Positions 9,473 to 18,795 of a DNA stretch of 44,496 bases are shown in pieces. The notes beneath the pieces are model-generated. The model saw only the letters and a list, made by a program, of their open reading frames with translations, made no database searches and was not told the origin of the DNA. Both the position numbers and the translations under genes were made by a program. This DNA is from an uncultured Methanosarcinales archaeon. GTDB taxonomy: Archaea > Halobacteriota > Methanosarcinia > Methanosarcinales > Methanogasteraceae. The first letter of the stretch is position 1. Each line of letters begins with the position of its first letter. The DNA is taken from positions 1 to 44,496 of the forward strand of contig CBDUQO010000001.1 in the NCBI GenBank assembly GCA_965369365.1. The letters run 5' to 3'.

Positions 9473-11173
9473 ATGGCTATCGGATCACTCGGAAAACTGT
9501 TTGTAGAGATCTCCGCCGACACTTCGGAACTTGATTCCGGACTGGACGGGGCTGAAAAACGCATATCAGGAATAGGGGCGAAGTTCCAGAAATCGGGGAA
9601 GGCGATCGGTGCGGGCATGGCGATAGCAGGAGTTGGGATGATGACGCTCACAAACTCCAGCATGAAAACAAACGCCATTCTTGGAACCACCGCACTACAG
9701 CTGGGGGTAACAAAAGAAGAGATGAGAGGGCTTGCGCTTGAGACTGCAAACGTGACGTTCCCCCTCTCAGAAGTTACGGCGTCTTTCGATCTCCTGACCC
9801 GAGCAGGGATGACTAATGCCGACCAAATAAGCGTAACCGCAACAGCGTTTGACACGCTGGGCGATGCAATCGGAATACCTGCTAGCGAGGTGACCCGCTC
9901 GCTTATCCCAGCGTTTAATGCGTTTGGAATGCCGCTCGAAGACGCTGCAGCCCACACGGACGCATTCACACACCTGATGCGAAACACCACCGTAGAACTA
10001 TCCGATTTTTCGAGTATGCTCAATTATCTTGCGTCCGATCTCGGGACTATGGATATTAGCATGGTGGAGAGCGTTGCAGTTATGGAAGCCCTCGCCGCCA
10101 GTGGGGTGCAAGGATCGGCAGCCACACGAGAATTTCGCACGGCAGTATCCGAAGCAGATGGTGATGTCGAAAAGTTTTACGAGGCACTTGGACTCACGGC
10201 GGAAGAGGTGGCGATCTACACCGGCAATATCGAAGCGGCAGACGGAATGACTCAGCAGTTTGCAGACGCGCAAAACGCGCAATTCACGACGCTTGATAAA
10301 ATCAAACACTCGTTGTCCGAAGCAACGCTGAGTTATGGATCTCTTCTTGAGCCTGTGGAGGCGTTGGGGCCGATCATGACTACGTTGGGGCCGATCATGA
10401 TATTGGCAAGTACTATGAACTATGCACATGCGGCGAGTGCATGGGCGGCAGTCAGCCCATATATAGCTATTGCGGCACCGATTATCGCGGTGGTTGCGGT
10501 GCTGTATATCCTCGAAAAGAAGTTTGGGCTTATCACAAAAGTAATTAATATAGTGACCGACGCGTTGGAGCCGTTGGTAGAATGGCTCGCAAGGGCGATA
10601 CCCAGTGCCATCAAAACCACGGTGGAGTTTGTCAGCGGGTTAGGGGATAAGCTATTATTTGTTCTCGGACCGATCGGGGCGATGGTGTACGCATTCAAGC
10701 ACTGGGACGAGATCGTAGCGATAATCAGCGATGTGTTTAAGAGGGTTTTTTCTTTCCTGATGAACCTTGACAGGGAGTTTAAGAGGGCTGGGTGGAATCT
10801 TATGGTTGCGTTTGCGAACGGCATCATAAAAGGTATATCGAAAGCCGTGGACGCCGTTAAGAGCGCTGTCGGAAAAGTGCGGGATTACCTGCCAGGGTCT
10901 GATGCGAAGATTGGACCTCTTTCAGATCTCACCGCATCCGGAGCCGCCCTGATCACGACTTTCGAGAAAGGCATCGCTTCAAGCAGCGGAGATCCCGGGG
11001 CGGCGTTCGCAGCCGCTGCGCCACAGGTACCGGGGGCTGCCAGCGATAACCGGAATTACCAGAGCAGCGTAAGTATGGGTGATATTAGCTTATCATCCAA
11101 TTATAATTTCGAGTCGCTTATGGCCGATATAAACCGGTATCAGGCGACACAGCGAACACAGCGAGGTGTGTAA
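9473..11173 (+). CDS. Tail tape measure protein
   Basis: 566 aa, Ala/Gly-rich helical N-half, central hydrophobic segments, position after the G/T pair. Confidence 0.8.
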   Translation: MAIGSLGKLFVEISADTSELDSGLDGAEKRISGIGAKFQKSGKAIGAGMAIAGVGMMTLTNSSMKTNAILGTTALQLGVTKEEMRGLALETANVTFPLSEVTASFDLLTRAGMTNADQISVTATAFDTLGDAIGIPASEVTRSLIPAFNAFGMPLEDAAAHTDAFTHLMRNTTVELSDFSSMLNYLASDLGTMDISMVESVAVMEALAASGVQGSAATREFRTAVSEADGDVEKFYEALGLTAEEVAIYTGNIEAADGMTQQFADAQNAQFTTLDKIKHSLSEATLSYGSLLEPVEALGPIMTTLGPIMILASTMNYAHAASAWAAVSPYIAIAAPIIAVVAVLYILEKKFGLITKVINIVTDALEPLVEWLARAIPSAIKTTVEFVSGLGDKLLFVLGPIGAMVYAFKHWDEIVAIISDVFKRVFSFLMNLDREFKRAGWNLMVAFANGIIKGISKAVDAVKSAVGKVRDYLPGSDAKIGPLSDLTASGAALITTFEKGIASSSGDPGAAFAAAAPQVPGAASDNRNYQSSVSMGDISLSSNYNFESLMADINRYQATQRTQRGV

Positions 11174-11174
11174 A

Positions 11175-11528
11175 ATGGAGCCTATCACAATCGAAGAAAT
11201 GATGATCTTGCCACGGCGCCACTTTGTAGGGCGCATGGGGGCATGGATAAAGATGTTTAATGGCGGGAATCTCTTAGAACTTGATAGCCCGCTCCACTGC
11301 CCCCTGCACCGGTGGGTTGTGCACAACGATAAAAAATGCAACAAAGAACTCGTTGCAAACACTGCCACGTGTCCCCTATGTGGCAATCCGTGCTGTCCGG
11401 ATTGCCAGAACCACAAAGTCGAAACCATCTCACGCGTTACCGGCTATCTAAGCGTGGTTTCGGGGTGGAACGAGGCGAAGAAACAGGAATATAGGGATCG
11501 GGATCACTATGAGCTGGAGGGGCGCTAA
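11175..11528 (+). CDS. Stand-alone NrdD C-terminal-like domain (Cys cluster plus glycyl-radical loop)
   Basis: TCPLCGNPCCPDC..ETISRVTGYLSVVSGWNEAKKQEY resembles the Zn-ribbon and RVxGY glycyl-radical loop plus the following N-x-G-K-x-x-E segment at the C-terminus of class III ribonucleotide reductase. ATG at 11175 follows the tape-measure stop. Confidence 0.6.
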   Translation: MEPITIEEMMILPRRHFVGRMGAWIKMFNGGNLLELDSPLHCPLHRWVVHNDKKCNKELVANTATCPLCGNPCCPDCQNHKVETISRVTGYLSVVSGWNEAKKQEYRDRDHYELEGR

Positions 11529-11971
11529 TGGGTGCGGGAACGTCCCCGGCCATATTCTCAGGCGACGCCACCAACCACGACGCTCTTGTATTCGGGAACG
11601 GGGGGGCGCAGACGGGTTTCTTTTTCATTGCACTAGAAACAGGAATCTATTTCGATGGCATCCGGCTTGAGAACCCCACCCCATTCTGGGAAGACCGATC
11701 GCCAATAATAAAAGCGACTGAACTGCTCAGCGGGGGGGTATCGGTACAGAGCTCGCCCGAAGGACATGTAAGGCCTCTGCGGGTGTCGTTTGTGTGTCAA
11801 ACATCGACACATGGCAACATCTCGGCATTGTTGGCTAAGATTGGTGGAAAATATCGGCTACAGATAGATGAATTTGGGTACAGCGGCTGTTATATCAGTT
11901 CTTTCCGAGAAAATGAATGGTACCCCGGCGAATTCGAGTATATTATCTCGTTCATACAGGACACAACATGA
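11528..11971 (+). CDS. Distal tail protein (candidate)
   Basis: 147 aa between the tape measure / NrdD-like gene and the large tail-tip protein; TAATG and ATGA overlaps. Confidence 0.45.
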   Translation: MGAGTSPAIFSGDATNHDALVFGNGGAQTGFFFIALETGIYFDGIRLENPTPFWEDRSPIIKATELLSGGVSVQSSPEGHVRPLRVSFVCQTSTHGNISALLAKIGGKYRLQIDEFGYSGCYISSFRENEWYPGEFEYIISFIQDTT

Positions 11972-13959
11972 CTCTTGATATCGCTGACTATAAAACCGAG
12001 TCGTGGACAGTATCGAAGAGTATTACAGACGCTCTGTGGGTGTTGTCTGCTAAGATAGACCGGCATAACTCCCCCGCGTTCGTCGAGCAGATACAAGCAT
12101 GTTGTAATGATCATAATAATGCACCACATACGCGGTTTGTCGGAATCATACCGACAACCGATATTGTGATCGCTACCGTATCAGACAAATCACAAATCAC
12201 CGGGTACGACCAAGCATGGTACCTAACTGTGCAATATGTCCCCGCAGACGAGCGCATTGTGGCGGAGGATGTGAATCCATCCGACACAATCGGGGCGTTG
12301 CTTGGTGGCACATCGTGGGCTACAGCGACAGGCATCAAGCCCCATCAGATCAACACTGTGGCGGTATGGGAAGATATTAAGAAGCCATTTGAGTTCGGCG
12401 ATCGATGCACGCGCTGGCAGGCGATACAAGAGATATGTGATTATTGCAATTTCGTGTTTGTGGTGAAGTGGCATGATGATGCCGGAACATGGGTTCCTTC
12501 GGCGTATTTCATACACGAATTGGATATCGACGACCCGACGAATGGTCTGAATATCCCGGATGCAACAACAATCACAAACCCAGACCCAAACATGGTATCG
12601 GGGGTGCTTGTGACGGACTCACCCGCACACAAGTATAACCGGGTTATGGTATCCGGATATGATGCCACCACAAATTCCTACATATATGCTACCGCCGAAA
12701 CCGCCGCGGTGGTGGCAAATACAGAGATTCCTATCGAATATGTGTGTGCCGACGCTGCGATCATGTCCCAATCAGCCGCGGGCGGGCGGGCGCAAGAGCT
12801 CCTTGACTTTTTTCAGGACTCTGCAAAGATATACTCGGTGCGATTCATGAAAAGGATGGATCTCGAACTATATCAGAAGATTATTTTTTCAGGATATAGT
12901 AAGATCGAATCTGATGTGATGCGCATCACGAAAATAACGTACTCGAAACAATCAGTATCGGACATAGTAACGATCGAATTCTCAAAAGATCAGGCAATAC
13001 AACAGCTTCGGCGGCTGGATCGTGCGGTGAATCCGGATTACGTTTCCGGATCGCAAGACCTGATAAACGCAGATCTTGCGGAGGTGGGTCTGATCGATGT
13101 GTTTGATATGCCCATCGCCAGCGGATCGATGGCGGACGATCTCTGGACTACAAATGAGGCATATGTGCAACTATTCTCGCCTGCCCCACTGTGGATGCAG
13201 GGGTGGAGTGTGGACGGCGCAAGCGGGGTGCGAGGACACGCAGGGGCGGACTTTTCGTTATGGGGTGCTGCCGGAAGTCAAGAAGCCGAGGGGATTATCG
13301 AATTCTTGCGGTGGCATAGCTATGACCCAGGGAAGGTCGTGAATCAATACATCGAGATTGAGCAACCGATCCACATCAACAATACGCCTTTCCCAACAAT
13401 ATATTTTGATATCGACACGTCTAAGCCCACATTCATACAGGCAACCACATCGCCGTCGTGGAAAGAGCTTTCTGTGTCGGTGGCAGGCGATTCCATGTTT
13501 TCCTGTTATGTGGTGGGCGGCGATACCCCAAATACAACGTTTTGGACAGATATTAGAACATCGTCAAATATAATAGTGGGAAATCGTATAATGGGTTGGG
13601 ATAATGATGACCTTGTGTTTTGGGATAATGCGACCGGACGCAAGACGCTTTCAGAGCTCGCGTCGGCTGGTGAGATCCCCGAGTACGACGGACTCACGAA
13701 CCCCCTCACCACGCACTTGAATATGGGAGGGCACGACATCAATAACTGCGATGATATCGAGTGTGATGACATCGAGTGTGATGACATAATTATGAACGGG
13801 CGGAATTCCACGATCTATGGGGTTGGGTCTGTCGTATTCACACCGCGCACCTCGTACCCCACACGGGTACCTGGGCGGCTGTGGTACGACAGCGACGACA
13901 ACGAAATGAAATTTTGGGATGGGTCATACTGGCGCAGACTCGTAGCAATAGCAGAGTAA
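11968..13959 (+). CDS. Tail-tip / baseplate hub protein with fibre-like C-terminus
   Basis: 663 aa. ATG at 11968 overlaps the upstream stop. The C-terminus carries LNMGGHDINN, a DDIEC tandem repeat and GRLWYDSDDNEMKFWDGSYW fibre-type motifs. Confidence 0.65.
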   Translation: MTLDIADYKTESWTVSKSITDALWVLSAKIDRHNSPAFVEQIQACCNDHNNAPHTRFVGIIPTTDIVIATVSDKSQITGYDQAWYLTVQYVPADERIVAEDVNPSDTIGALLGGTSWATATGIKPHQINTVAVWEDIKKPFEFGDRCTRWQAIQEICDYCNFVFVVKWHDDAGTWVPSAYFIHELDIDDPTNGLNIPDATTITNPDPNMVSGVLVTDSPAHKYNRVMVSGYDATTNSYIYATAETAAVVANTEIPIEYVCADAAIMSQSAAGGRAQELLDFFQDSAKIYSVRFMKRMDLELYQKIIFSGYSKIESDVMRITKITYSKQSVSDIVTIEFSKDQAIQQLRRLDRAVNPDYVSGSQDLINADLAEVGLIDVFDMPIASGSMADDLWTTNEAYVQLFSPAPLWMQGWSVDGASGVRGHAGADFSLWGAAGSQEAEGIIEFLRWHSYDPGKVVNQYIEIEQPIHINNTPFPTIYFDIDTSKPTFIQATTSPSWKELSVSVAGDSMFSCYVVGGDTPNTTFWTDIRTSSNIIVGNRIMGWDNDDLVFWDNATGRKTLSELASAGEIPEYDGLTNPLTTHLNMGGHDINNCDDIECDDIECDDIIMNGRNSTIYGVGSVVFTPRTSYPTRVPGRLWYDSDDNEMKFWDGSYWRRLVAIAE

Positions 13960-13971
13960 CACGTAACACTT

Positions 13972-14226
13972 ATGACTAAAAAACTAACCACGCAAGAAGA
14001 GCCGAACCCGGACTATAAATCGCAAGACATTGTGCCGGACGTATCCCCCCTGCTGCTGCGACAGCGGACGCTCAAAGACCAAGTCAGCCAGATCAATCAG
14101 AAGCTGAACGATCTGCGGCAACAGCGGGCGCAAGTAGATAGCGTGATCCGAGCAGGCGAGCTACAAGCAGCAGGCATCGCGGGCGCCCTGAACGAGATCG
14201 AATATCAGATGAACACGGTGGAATGA
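13972..14226 (+). CDS. Coiled-coil small protein (possible fibre assembly factor)
   Basis: 84 aa with a Q/L-rich heptad-like stretch, between the two fibre-type genes. Confidence 0.45.
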   Translation: MTKKLTTQEEPNPDYKSQDIVPDVSPLLLRQRTLKDQVSQINQKLNDLRQQRAQVDSVIRAGELQAAGIAGALNEIEYQMNTVE

Positions 14227-14229
14227 ATC

Positions 14230-15642
14230 ATGGCATACCACGACACCAAACAGGCAGCAGTCGATCCGGATAACCCCGGACCAACCGAACAGATACCATA
14301 TTCGGAATGGAACACTATGGTGGAAGATTTCCGACGGAAGATCCATGAGATCGCTGTCGACATCACGGCGTTAGGGGACGATAAGATACTAGTATACAAA
14401 GCGGCATCCGCATCGTTCGTATTCGAGGTGGTGAACGCTATTTCAGCCCTGAACAACCTGTCCGATGTCACTATATCTGGAGTCCCTGCAAACGATGAGG
14501 TTCTCGCATACAGCATGGCAGCAGGCAAGTGGATCAATCAGACAGCGGCAGAGGCGGGGCTAGCTACGAGTACAGACCTGGCAGCACACCTCCCACTGGC
14601 GGGGGGGACCATGTCCGGTGATCTGAACATGGGGGACCATGACATAGTGGGACTGGTCAACATCGGCGCACAAATTACGGACGGTATATGGTGTGCACCA
14701 CCCTCGGGAATTCCTGCGATAGCATTGGCGCGCACGCCATACGCATTTGAGGCGTACGCTGATGCGAACATGAATGCGCACAAGATTGTAGATATGTCGG
14801 ATCCAACCGATGCACAAGATGCGGTCACGAGGCATTACACAAGCACACACCTGCTAGAGAAGGTGGTAACGCTATCGTTTCTTGATGGTTATGGTATGGT
14901 ATACCGCACTGCATCAGGCAGGTTCGAGATGGAGGATATGGGTGGTGGGGGCGCGGCTGGGTTCCCTGTTGTCGACACGACTGCAATCATAAAGGGCAGC
15001 GGCGACGGAACTAAACTGATGAGATTTGAGGTAGATGGGATCACTACAGGCGTTACCCGGGTGATGGCGATTCCGGATAAGGATATTACCTTGTGTGACA
15101 CCGCAGAAGTTATGCTGCTGTCGGGCACACATGCGATGTCCGGTGATCTGGCTATGGGGGGCAATGACCTCTTGGCGCTGGGCAACATCCGGGCACAACA
15201 CCCGACTGGGATAGAGTGCGACTTTGCATCAGGAAGTAGCGCAATATCGTTAGCATGCAGCACATACGCATTCGATGCGCATGCGAATGTGGACATGGGC
15301 GGCAATTATATAATGAATTGCAGGGGCGTAATCCCGACCGCGCCAACGACGCTAACAATTTCGGCGGGAACGGTGTCGAGTGCCAAGGCAATTCACACAA
15401 TAGACACGGAACTTAGCAGCGCAACCGACGATCTGGACTCAATCGGCGGGTATACGAGTTACGTGGGTCGGCAATTGATTATCATGGCGGAAGATTCTGC
15501 GAGGACTGTAGTGTGTAAGGACGGCACCGGAAACTTGCGACTGAACGGAGATATGAGCCTGGACAACGTTCACGACACGCTGTCGTTAATATGGGACGGA
15601 ACAAGCTGGCTCGAGACGGCGAGATCGAATAATAGCGCATGA
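14230..15642 (+). CDS. Tail fibre / receptor-binding protein
   Basis: LNNLSDVTISGVPANDEVLAYSMAAGKWIN, GDLNMGDHDIVGL and NMNAHKIVDMSDPTDAQDAVTRHY motifs, typical of phage fibres. Contains an internal duplicated module. Last gene of the late operon. Confidence 0.7.
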   Translation: MAYHDTKQAAVDPDNPGPTEQIPYSEWNTMVEDFRRKIHEIAVDITALGDDKILVYKAASASFVFEVVNAISALNNLSDVTISGVPANDEVLAYSMAAGKWINQTAAEAGLATSTDLAAHLPLAGGTMSGDLNMGDHDIVGLVNIGAQITDGIWCAPPSGIPAIALARTPYAFEAYADANMNAHKIVDMSDPTDAQDAVTRHYTSTHLLEKVVTLSFLDGYGMVYRTASGRFEMEDMGGGGAAGFPVVDTTAIIKGSGDGTKLMRFEVDGITTGVTRVMAIPDKDITLCDTAEVMLLSGTHAMSGDLAMGGNDLLALGNIRAQHPTGIECDFASGSSAISLACSTYAFDAHANVDMGGNYIMNCRGVIPTAPTTLTISAGTVSSAKAIHTIDTELSSATDDLDSIGGYTSYVGRQLIIMAEDSARTVVCKDGTGNLRLNGDMSLDNVHDTLSLIWDGTSWLETARSNNSA

Positions 15643-15652
15643 ACTGCGTTGT

Positions 15653-15700
15653 GGTAGTGCCGCCATATCCCTGCGGCACCACCCACACAGAGTCTTTTTT
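15653..15700 (+). terminator. Imperfect hairpin plus T6 after the fibre gene
   Basis: ggtagtgccgc / gcggcaccacc arms followed by agtctttttt. Confidence 0.5.
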
Positions 15701-15789
15701 ATGCAGCGCGTGCCCGTGTAGACACGACCCTATGTTTTGTCGTTGGTTGCGATCGCATCGGCGTGGTTCCTCCATACGCGACAACCAAG

Positions 15790-15834
15790 TTGTGTAACTA
15801 CCGCACAGGTCACAATGGTTACGTAGTTACACAA
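15790..15834. promoter_or_regulatory. Inverted repeat TTGTGTAACTAC-N21-GTAGTTACACAA (candidate operator)
   Basis: Perfect 12-bp arms. The same 10-bp core recurs as an inverted pair at 24676-24719. Confidence 0.5.
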
Positions 15835-15915
15835 TACTCGAGTACCTGCGTGCACAAAAACTGGTTTGTTTTGTATTTAGCGGCAGGTCAGGAGATATTG
15901 CACACACGAGAGTGA

Positions 15916-15927
15916 ACTATATATACT
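15916..15927 (+). promoter_or_regulatory. TATA-box-like element (actatatatact) heading the replication operon
   Basis: AT-rich TATA-like sequence in an otherwise non-coding 550-bp gap upstream of 16196. Confidence 0.35.
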
Positions 15928-16195
15928 ATGAGCACACATGACATAGTATGCAAGGGCTTGCCATCTACGCATATTACCCCATGCATCACCGGACGTGAAA
16001 ACACATGAATAAAAATAAGACATACAACACGAAAGAAGAGCTTAGAGCTGCATTCCCAAGCATCGCCCGGGAAGAAGCAGAGAACGGATCTGCGTTTTGG
16101 CATGAATTCGGCGCAGACTTTGAGGGATGATCATGAGGCGGGATGCAAGCACGTAAGCAGAAGAAACGAAAACAGCACCAAAAGAGGAACTGAAA

Positions 16196-17170
16196 ATGGA
16201 AAAAACAGAAGACGTGAAAAGAGTGGTAGAAGAGGTGGAGGCGGCTGGCGCCACCGATGTAGATACGGAATATGTGGCAGAGAAACTCGCAAAACTTAAG
16301 ACGTTTCGCGTAACAGGGATTGAAGCTATCCGCAGCGTGGTAAGCGGAATCTTGTCCTCGCAAGGCATCAAGCGAGCGAAGGGTGTGGCGCGAACCAACC
16401 CGCTGCTGTCCGTCGAGCAGATCGATGCACCAGACGTCTGGTGCAACATCAGAGTGAAGGTAACGCAGTTGTGGGACAGCGATAAGGACAGTATCAGGCA
16501 GATCGGGCTGCTTGGTGATGAAACCGGTGTGATGAAGTTCGTGAGCTGGGAAAAAGCCAACCTGGCGCTTCTCGAGGTGGACAAGTGCTATTCCATCGAG
16601 AACGTGGTCACAAACGAATATGATGAGCGTTTTTCGGTGGCATTCACCAAGAATACTCGGATAATGCCGATCGATGAAGATCTCGAGATCGGATTTGCTA
16701 CCGTTGAGTATTCCGGCATCCTCGTATCGGTGCAGAAAGGCTCAGGGCTTATTAAGCGGTGTGTGTTGTGTAATCGTGCAATGCAGCACGGAGAGTGTAA
16801 AGAGCATGGGCGAATCGAGGGTGTGCATGATCTCAGGATCAAGGCGGTACTTGATAATGGAATCACCACCAAGAATGTCCTGCTGAGTCGAGAGCGCACG
16901 GAGGAACTTACTGGCATCAATATGGAGGATGCTGTTGCCATGGCGACAGAGGCACTTGATGCTGAAGTGGTTGCGGAACAGATGAGCCGGGCGATCATGA
17001 TGCGAGAATATGAGGTATCCGGGCAGGATATGAACGGAACAATCCTCTCTACGAGGATTGTCGAAACAAATAATCCGATACTGAAAGAAGATGTTGAATC
17101 GCTGCTCAAGGAGGCCAGATTCAATGAACCACGGGTTGACGATTTCAGAAAAAAGATGTTGGAGGTATGA
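16196..17170 (+). CDS. rpa: RPA-type single-stranded DNA-binding protein (OB fold plus zinc finger)
   Basis: WCNIRVKVTQLWDSD..IRQIGLLGDETGVMKFVSWEKA OB-fold signature and the CVLCNRAMQHGECKEHG zinc finger, as in euryarchaeal RPA. Confidence 0.8.
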   Translation: MEKTEDVKRVVEEVEAAGATDVDTEYVAEKLAKLKTFRVTGIEAIRSVVSGILSSQGIKRAKGVARTNPLLSVEQIDAPDVWCNIRVKVTQLWDSDKDSIRQIGLLGDETGVMKFVSWEKANLALLEVDKCYSIENVVTNEYDERFSVAFTKNTRIMPIDEDLEIGFATVEYSGILVSVQKGSGLIKRCVLCNRAMQHGECKEHGRIEGVHDLRIKAVLDNGITTKNVLLSRERTEELTGINMEDAVAMATEALDAEVVAEQMSRAIMMREYEVSGQDMNGTILSTRIVETNNPILKEDVESLLKEARFNEPRVDDFRKKMLEV

Positions 17171-17174
17171 TATT

Positions 17175-17750
17175 GTGGCAGGATATAAGAGAGAAATTGC
17201 ATACAGGTTGTTTGCACACGAACTGAAAAACACCGATATAGTACTTGATAGGGACGATACTGACCCATACGCACCGCAGTACGTTATGACGCCGACCGGC
17301 GCGAAGGTTAGCAGGGTGCTGGTCATCGGGACGCTGACCGAGATTGAGGACATCGGAACAGATGCAGAGTATTGGAGAGCGAGGATACAAGACTCCACCG
17401 GCGCATTTGTGGCGTATGCGGGGCAGTATCAGATCGGTGCGGCGCGGGTACTTAGTGAGGTTGAGATTCCAGAAATCCTTGCAATGGTGGCGAAGATAGC
17501 CGTATACGCCCCAGAAGGCGGCGGGACAATACTATCCCTCAGACCAGAGACCGTGTCAGTAGTTGGTGCGGCGGCGAGGGATCAGTGGATATACCAGACC
17601 GCAAAACAAACGATAGATCGGATAAGGGCGTTCGAGGCGAGCAACCCAGACACTATTGAGGGCATGAAGCCATATCGGCAGATGGTGCGGGATGCATTCA
17701 CAGGGATGGACTCGGACGAATTGTTTGTAGAAACCGCACGGGGGGAGTAA
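17175..17750 (+). CDS. rpap: RPA-associated protein (Rpap, COG3390-like OB-fold partner)
   Basis: REIAYRLFAHEL, PTGAKVSRVLVIGTLTEIEDIGTDAEYWRARIQDSTGAFVAYAGQYQ match the conserved core of archaeal rpap genes that sit downstream of rpa. GTG start at 17175, 8 nt after GGAGGT. Confidence 0.75.
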   Translation: MAGYKREIAYRLFAHELKNTDIVLDRDDTDPYAPQYVMTPTGAKVSRVLVIGTLTEIEDIGTDAEYWRARIQDSTGAFVAYAGQYQIGAARVLSEVEIPEILAMVAKIAVYAPEGGGTILSLRPETVSVVGAAARDQWIYQTAKQTIDRIRAFEASNPDTIEGMKPYRQMVRDAFTGMDSDELFVETARGE

Positions 17751-17752
17751 TT

Positions 17753-18085
17753 ATGATGTACCCCGTGTTTGGCGATGCGCCTGCCCTCAAGATGCTTGAC
17801 TGGATGATCGGGAATCAAGAATTCGATCATCCGCTCAAAGAGATTGCAGACGGCGCAGAGATCGCCATAAGCGTGGCAAAGCGCAACTTTGAGCCATTGA
17901 TACGACATAATGTAGTTAAGATCACCCGAACGATCGGTAAGGGCAACGAGGACATGTATGTCCTCGACCTCCAGAACCGCTGCACAAAGGCGATCGTCGA
18001 CTTTGACAAGCGGATCACACAATGCTGCAAATCCGAAGAGGAAGCGCCCCCCGCGCCGATTGAGATCTTACCTCCGGAGATATGA
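17753..18085 (+). CDS. Winged-helix DNA-binding protein (candidate)
   Basis: 110 aa; LDWMIGNQEFDHPLKEIADGAEIAISVAKRNFEPLIRHNVV resembles a wHTH. Confidence 0.45.
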   Translation: MMYPVFGDAPALKMLDWMIGNQEFDHPLKEIADGAEIAISVAKRNFEPLIRHNVVKITRTIGKGNEDMYVLDLQNRCTKAIVDFDKRITQCCKSEEEAPPAPIEILPPEI

Positions 18086-18086
18086 T

Positions 18087-18251
18087 ATGAGAACACGGCA
18101 ATGCTCTGGCGACAGTTGCCAGAGCGGTGTTTGTCACGAGATGGTGGCAATACAATGTAATAGCTGCGATATTGTATTTTTAACGATGGTGAATGGTGAG
18201 ATGGTGACTTGCCCACATTGTGGGGCAACCGATACGATTGTTTTGGAATGA
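18087..18251 (+). CDS. Zinc-ribbon mini-protein (54 aa)
   Basis: CSGDSC..C, CNSC and CPHCG cysteine pairs; ATG 2 nt after the previous stop. Confidence 0.5.
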   Translation: MRTRQCSGDSCQSGVCHEMVAIQCNSCDIVFLTMVNGEMVTCPHCGATDTIVLE

Positions 18252-18326
18252 GGTATATGTTTTAAGTTCTGCGCGACCAATGCAGTACTGGCGCTTTTGG
18301 TTGTCATTCAATCGCGTCCACGTCCG

Positions 18327-18372
18327 CATGACATGGTGAGTGGGGCACCGTGTCATGTACCCATTATTTTTT
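18327..18372 (+). terminator. Hairpin plus T-tract ending the rpa operon
   Basis: catgacatggtg / caccgtgtcatg arms with one G-U pair, followed by cccattatttttt. Confidence 0.55.
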
Positions 18373-18448
18373 AGTAGATTGTTTTGGTATTATTGAAATT
18401 TGATATATCGCCCGGTGGTATCTGAGAATAGTGAAAGGGGTGATTATG

Positions 18449-18642
18449 TGTGTCAATTGTGTCAAGATCGGGTGAAAACGATAGCGGTGAGGGGTATTCG
18501 TGTGTGTCAAGATTGTGTCGAGATTGTGTCAATTGACACAATCTCAAATAGTCGCCCTTTAGAAAAAACTTGACACACAATTGACACACAATTGACACAC
18601 TAAAAACGATAGCAGTAGATGGTATTGACACAATTGACACAA
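18449..18642. repeat. Iteron array (candidate replication origin): 11 copies of TGTGTCAA/TTGACACA in mirror-image blocks around a 26-bp perfect palindrome
   Basis: Forward copies at 18449, 18458, 18503, 18514 (variant) and 18525. Reverse copies at 18533, 18570, 18581, 18592, 18625 and 18634. Palindrome gagattgtgtcaattgacacaatctc at 18520-18545. AT-rich tracts on both sides. Confidence 0.7.
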
Positions 18643-18795
18643 AAAATTCACAGCCCCCACACAGTTTTTTGTGTTTTTTGATATGACTTATCGTTTACAA
18701 GAGTTATAATTTAGATATTATAGTGTTAATGCGAATATTTTTAGCATACAGATGGTACCAGAGGGTATATATGCTATTAACACTAATGATATATT

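Noticed and set aside
9256-10023. Long antisense ORFs opposite strong + strand genes (also 5215-5895, 16588-17274, 16742-17398, 36..443, 40636-41511, 42371-43270, 42688-43212, 39367-40008, 22449-22934)
   Set aside because: They lie entirely within genes that carry recognisable motifs on the + strand (tape measure, rpa, MuF, protease, portal, SNF2, capsid). Their compositions are skewed and low-complexity (Ser/Ala/Pro/Arg-rich), and they lack coupled starts. They are shadow ORFs.
11968-15642. Diversity-generating retroelement acting on the fibre genes
   Set aside because: The internal repeats are diverged protein-module duplications, not a template/variable repeat pair with adenine-specific differences. 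No reverse transcriptase gene is present in the closed genome.
18449-18642. Possible CRISPR array, because of many short repeated units
   Set aside because: The units are only 8-11 bp and are directly abutting or separated by a few bases, with no unique spacers of about 30-40 bp. They occur in both orientations around a palindrome. No cas genes are present. The architecture fits origin iterons, not CRISPR.
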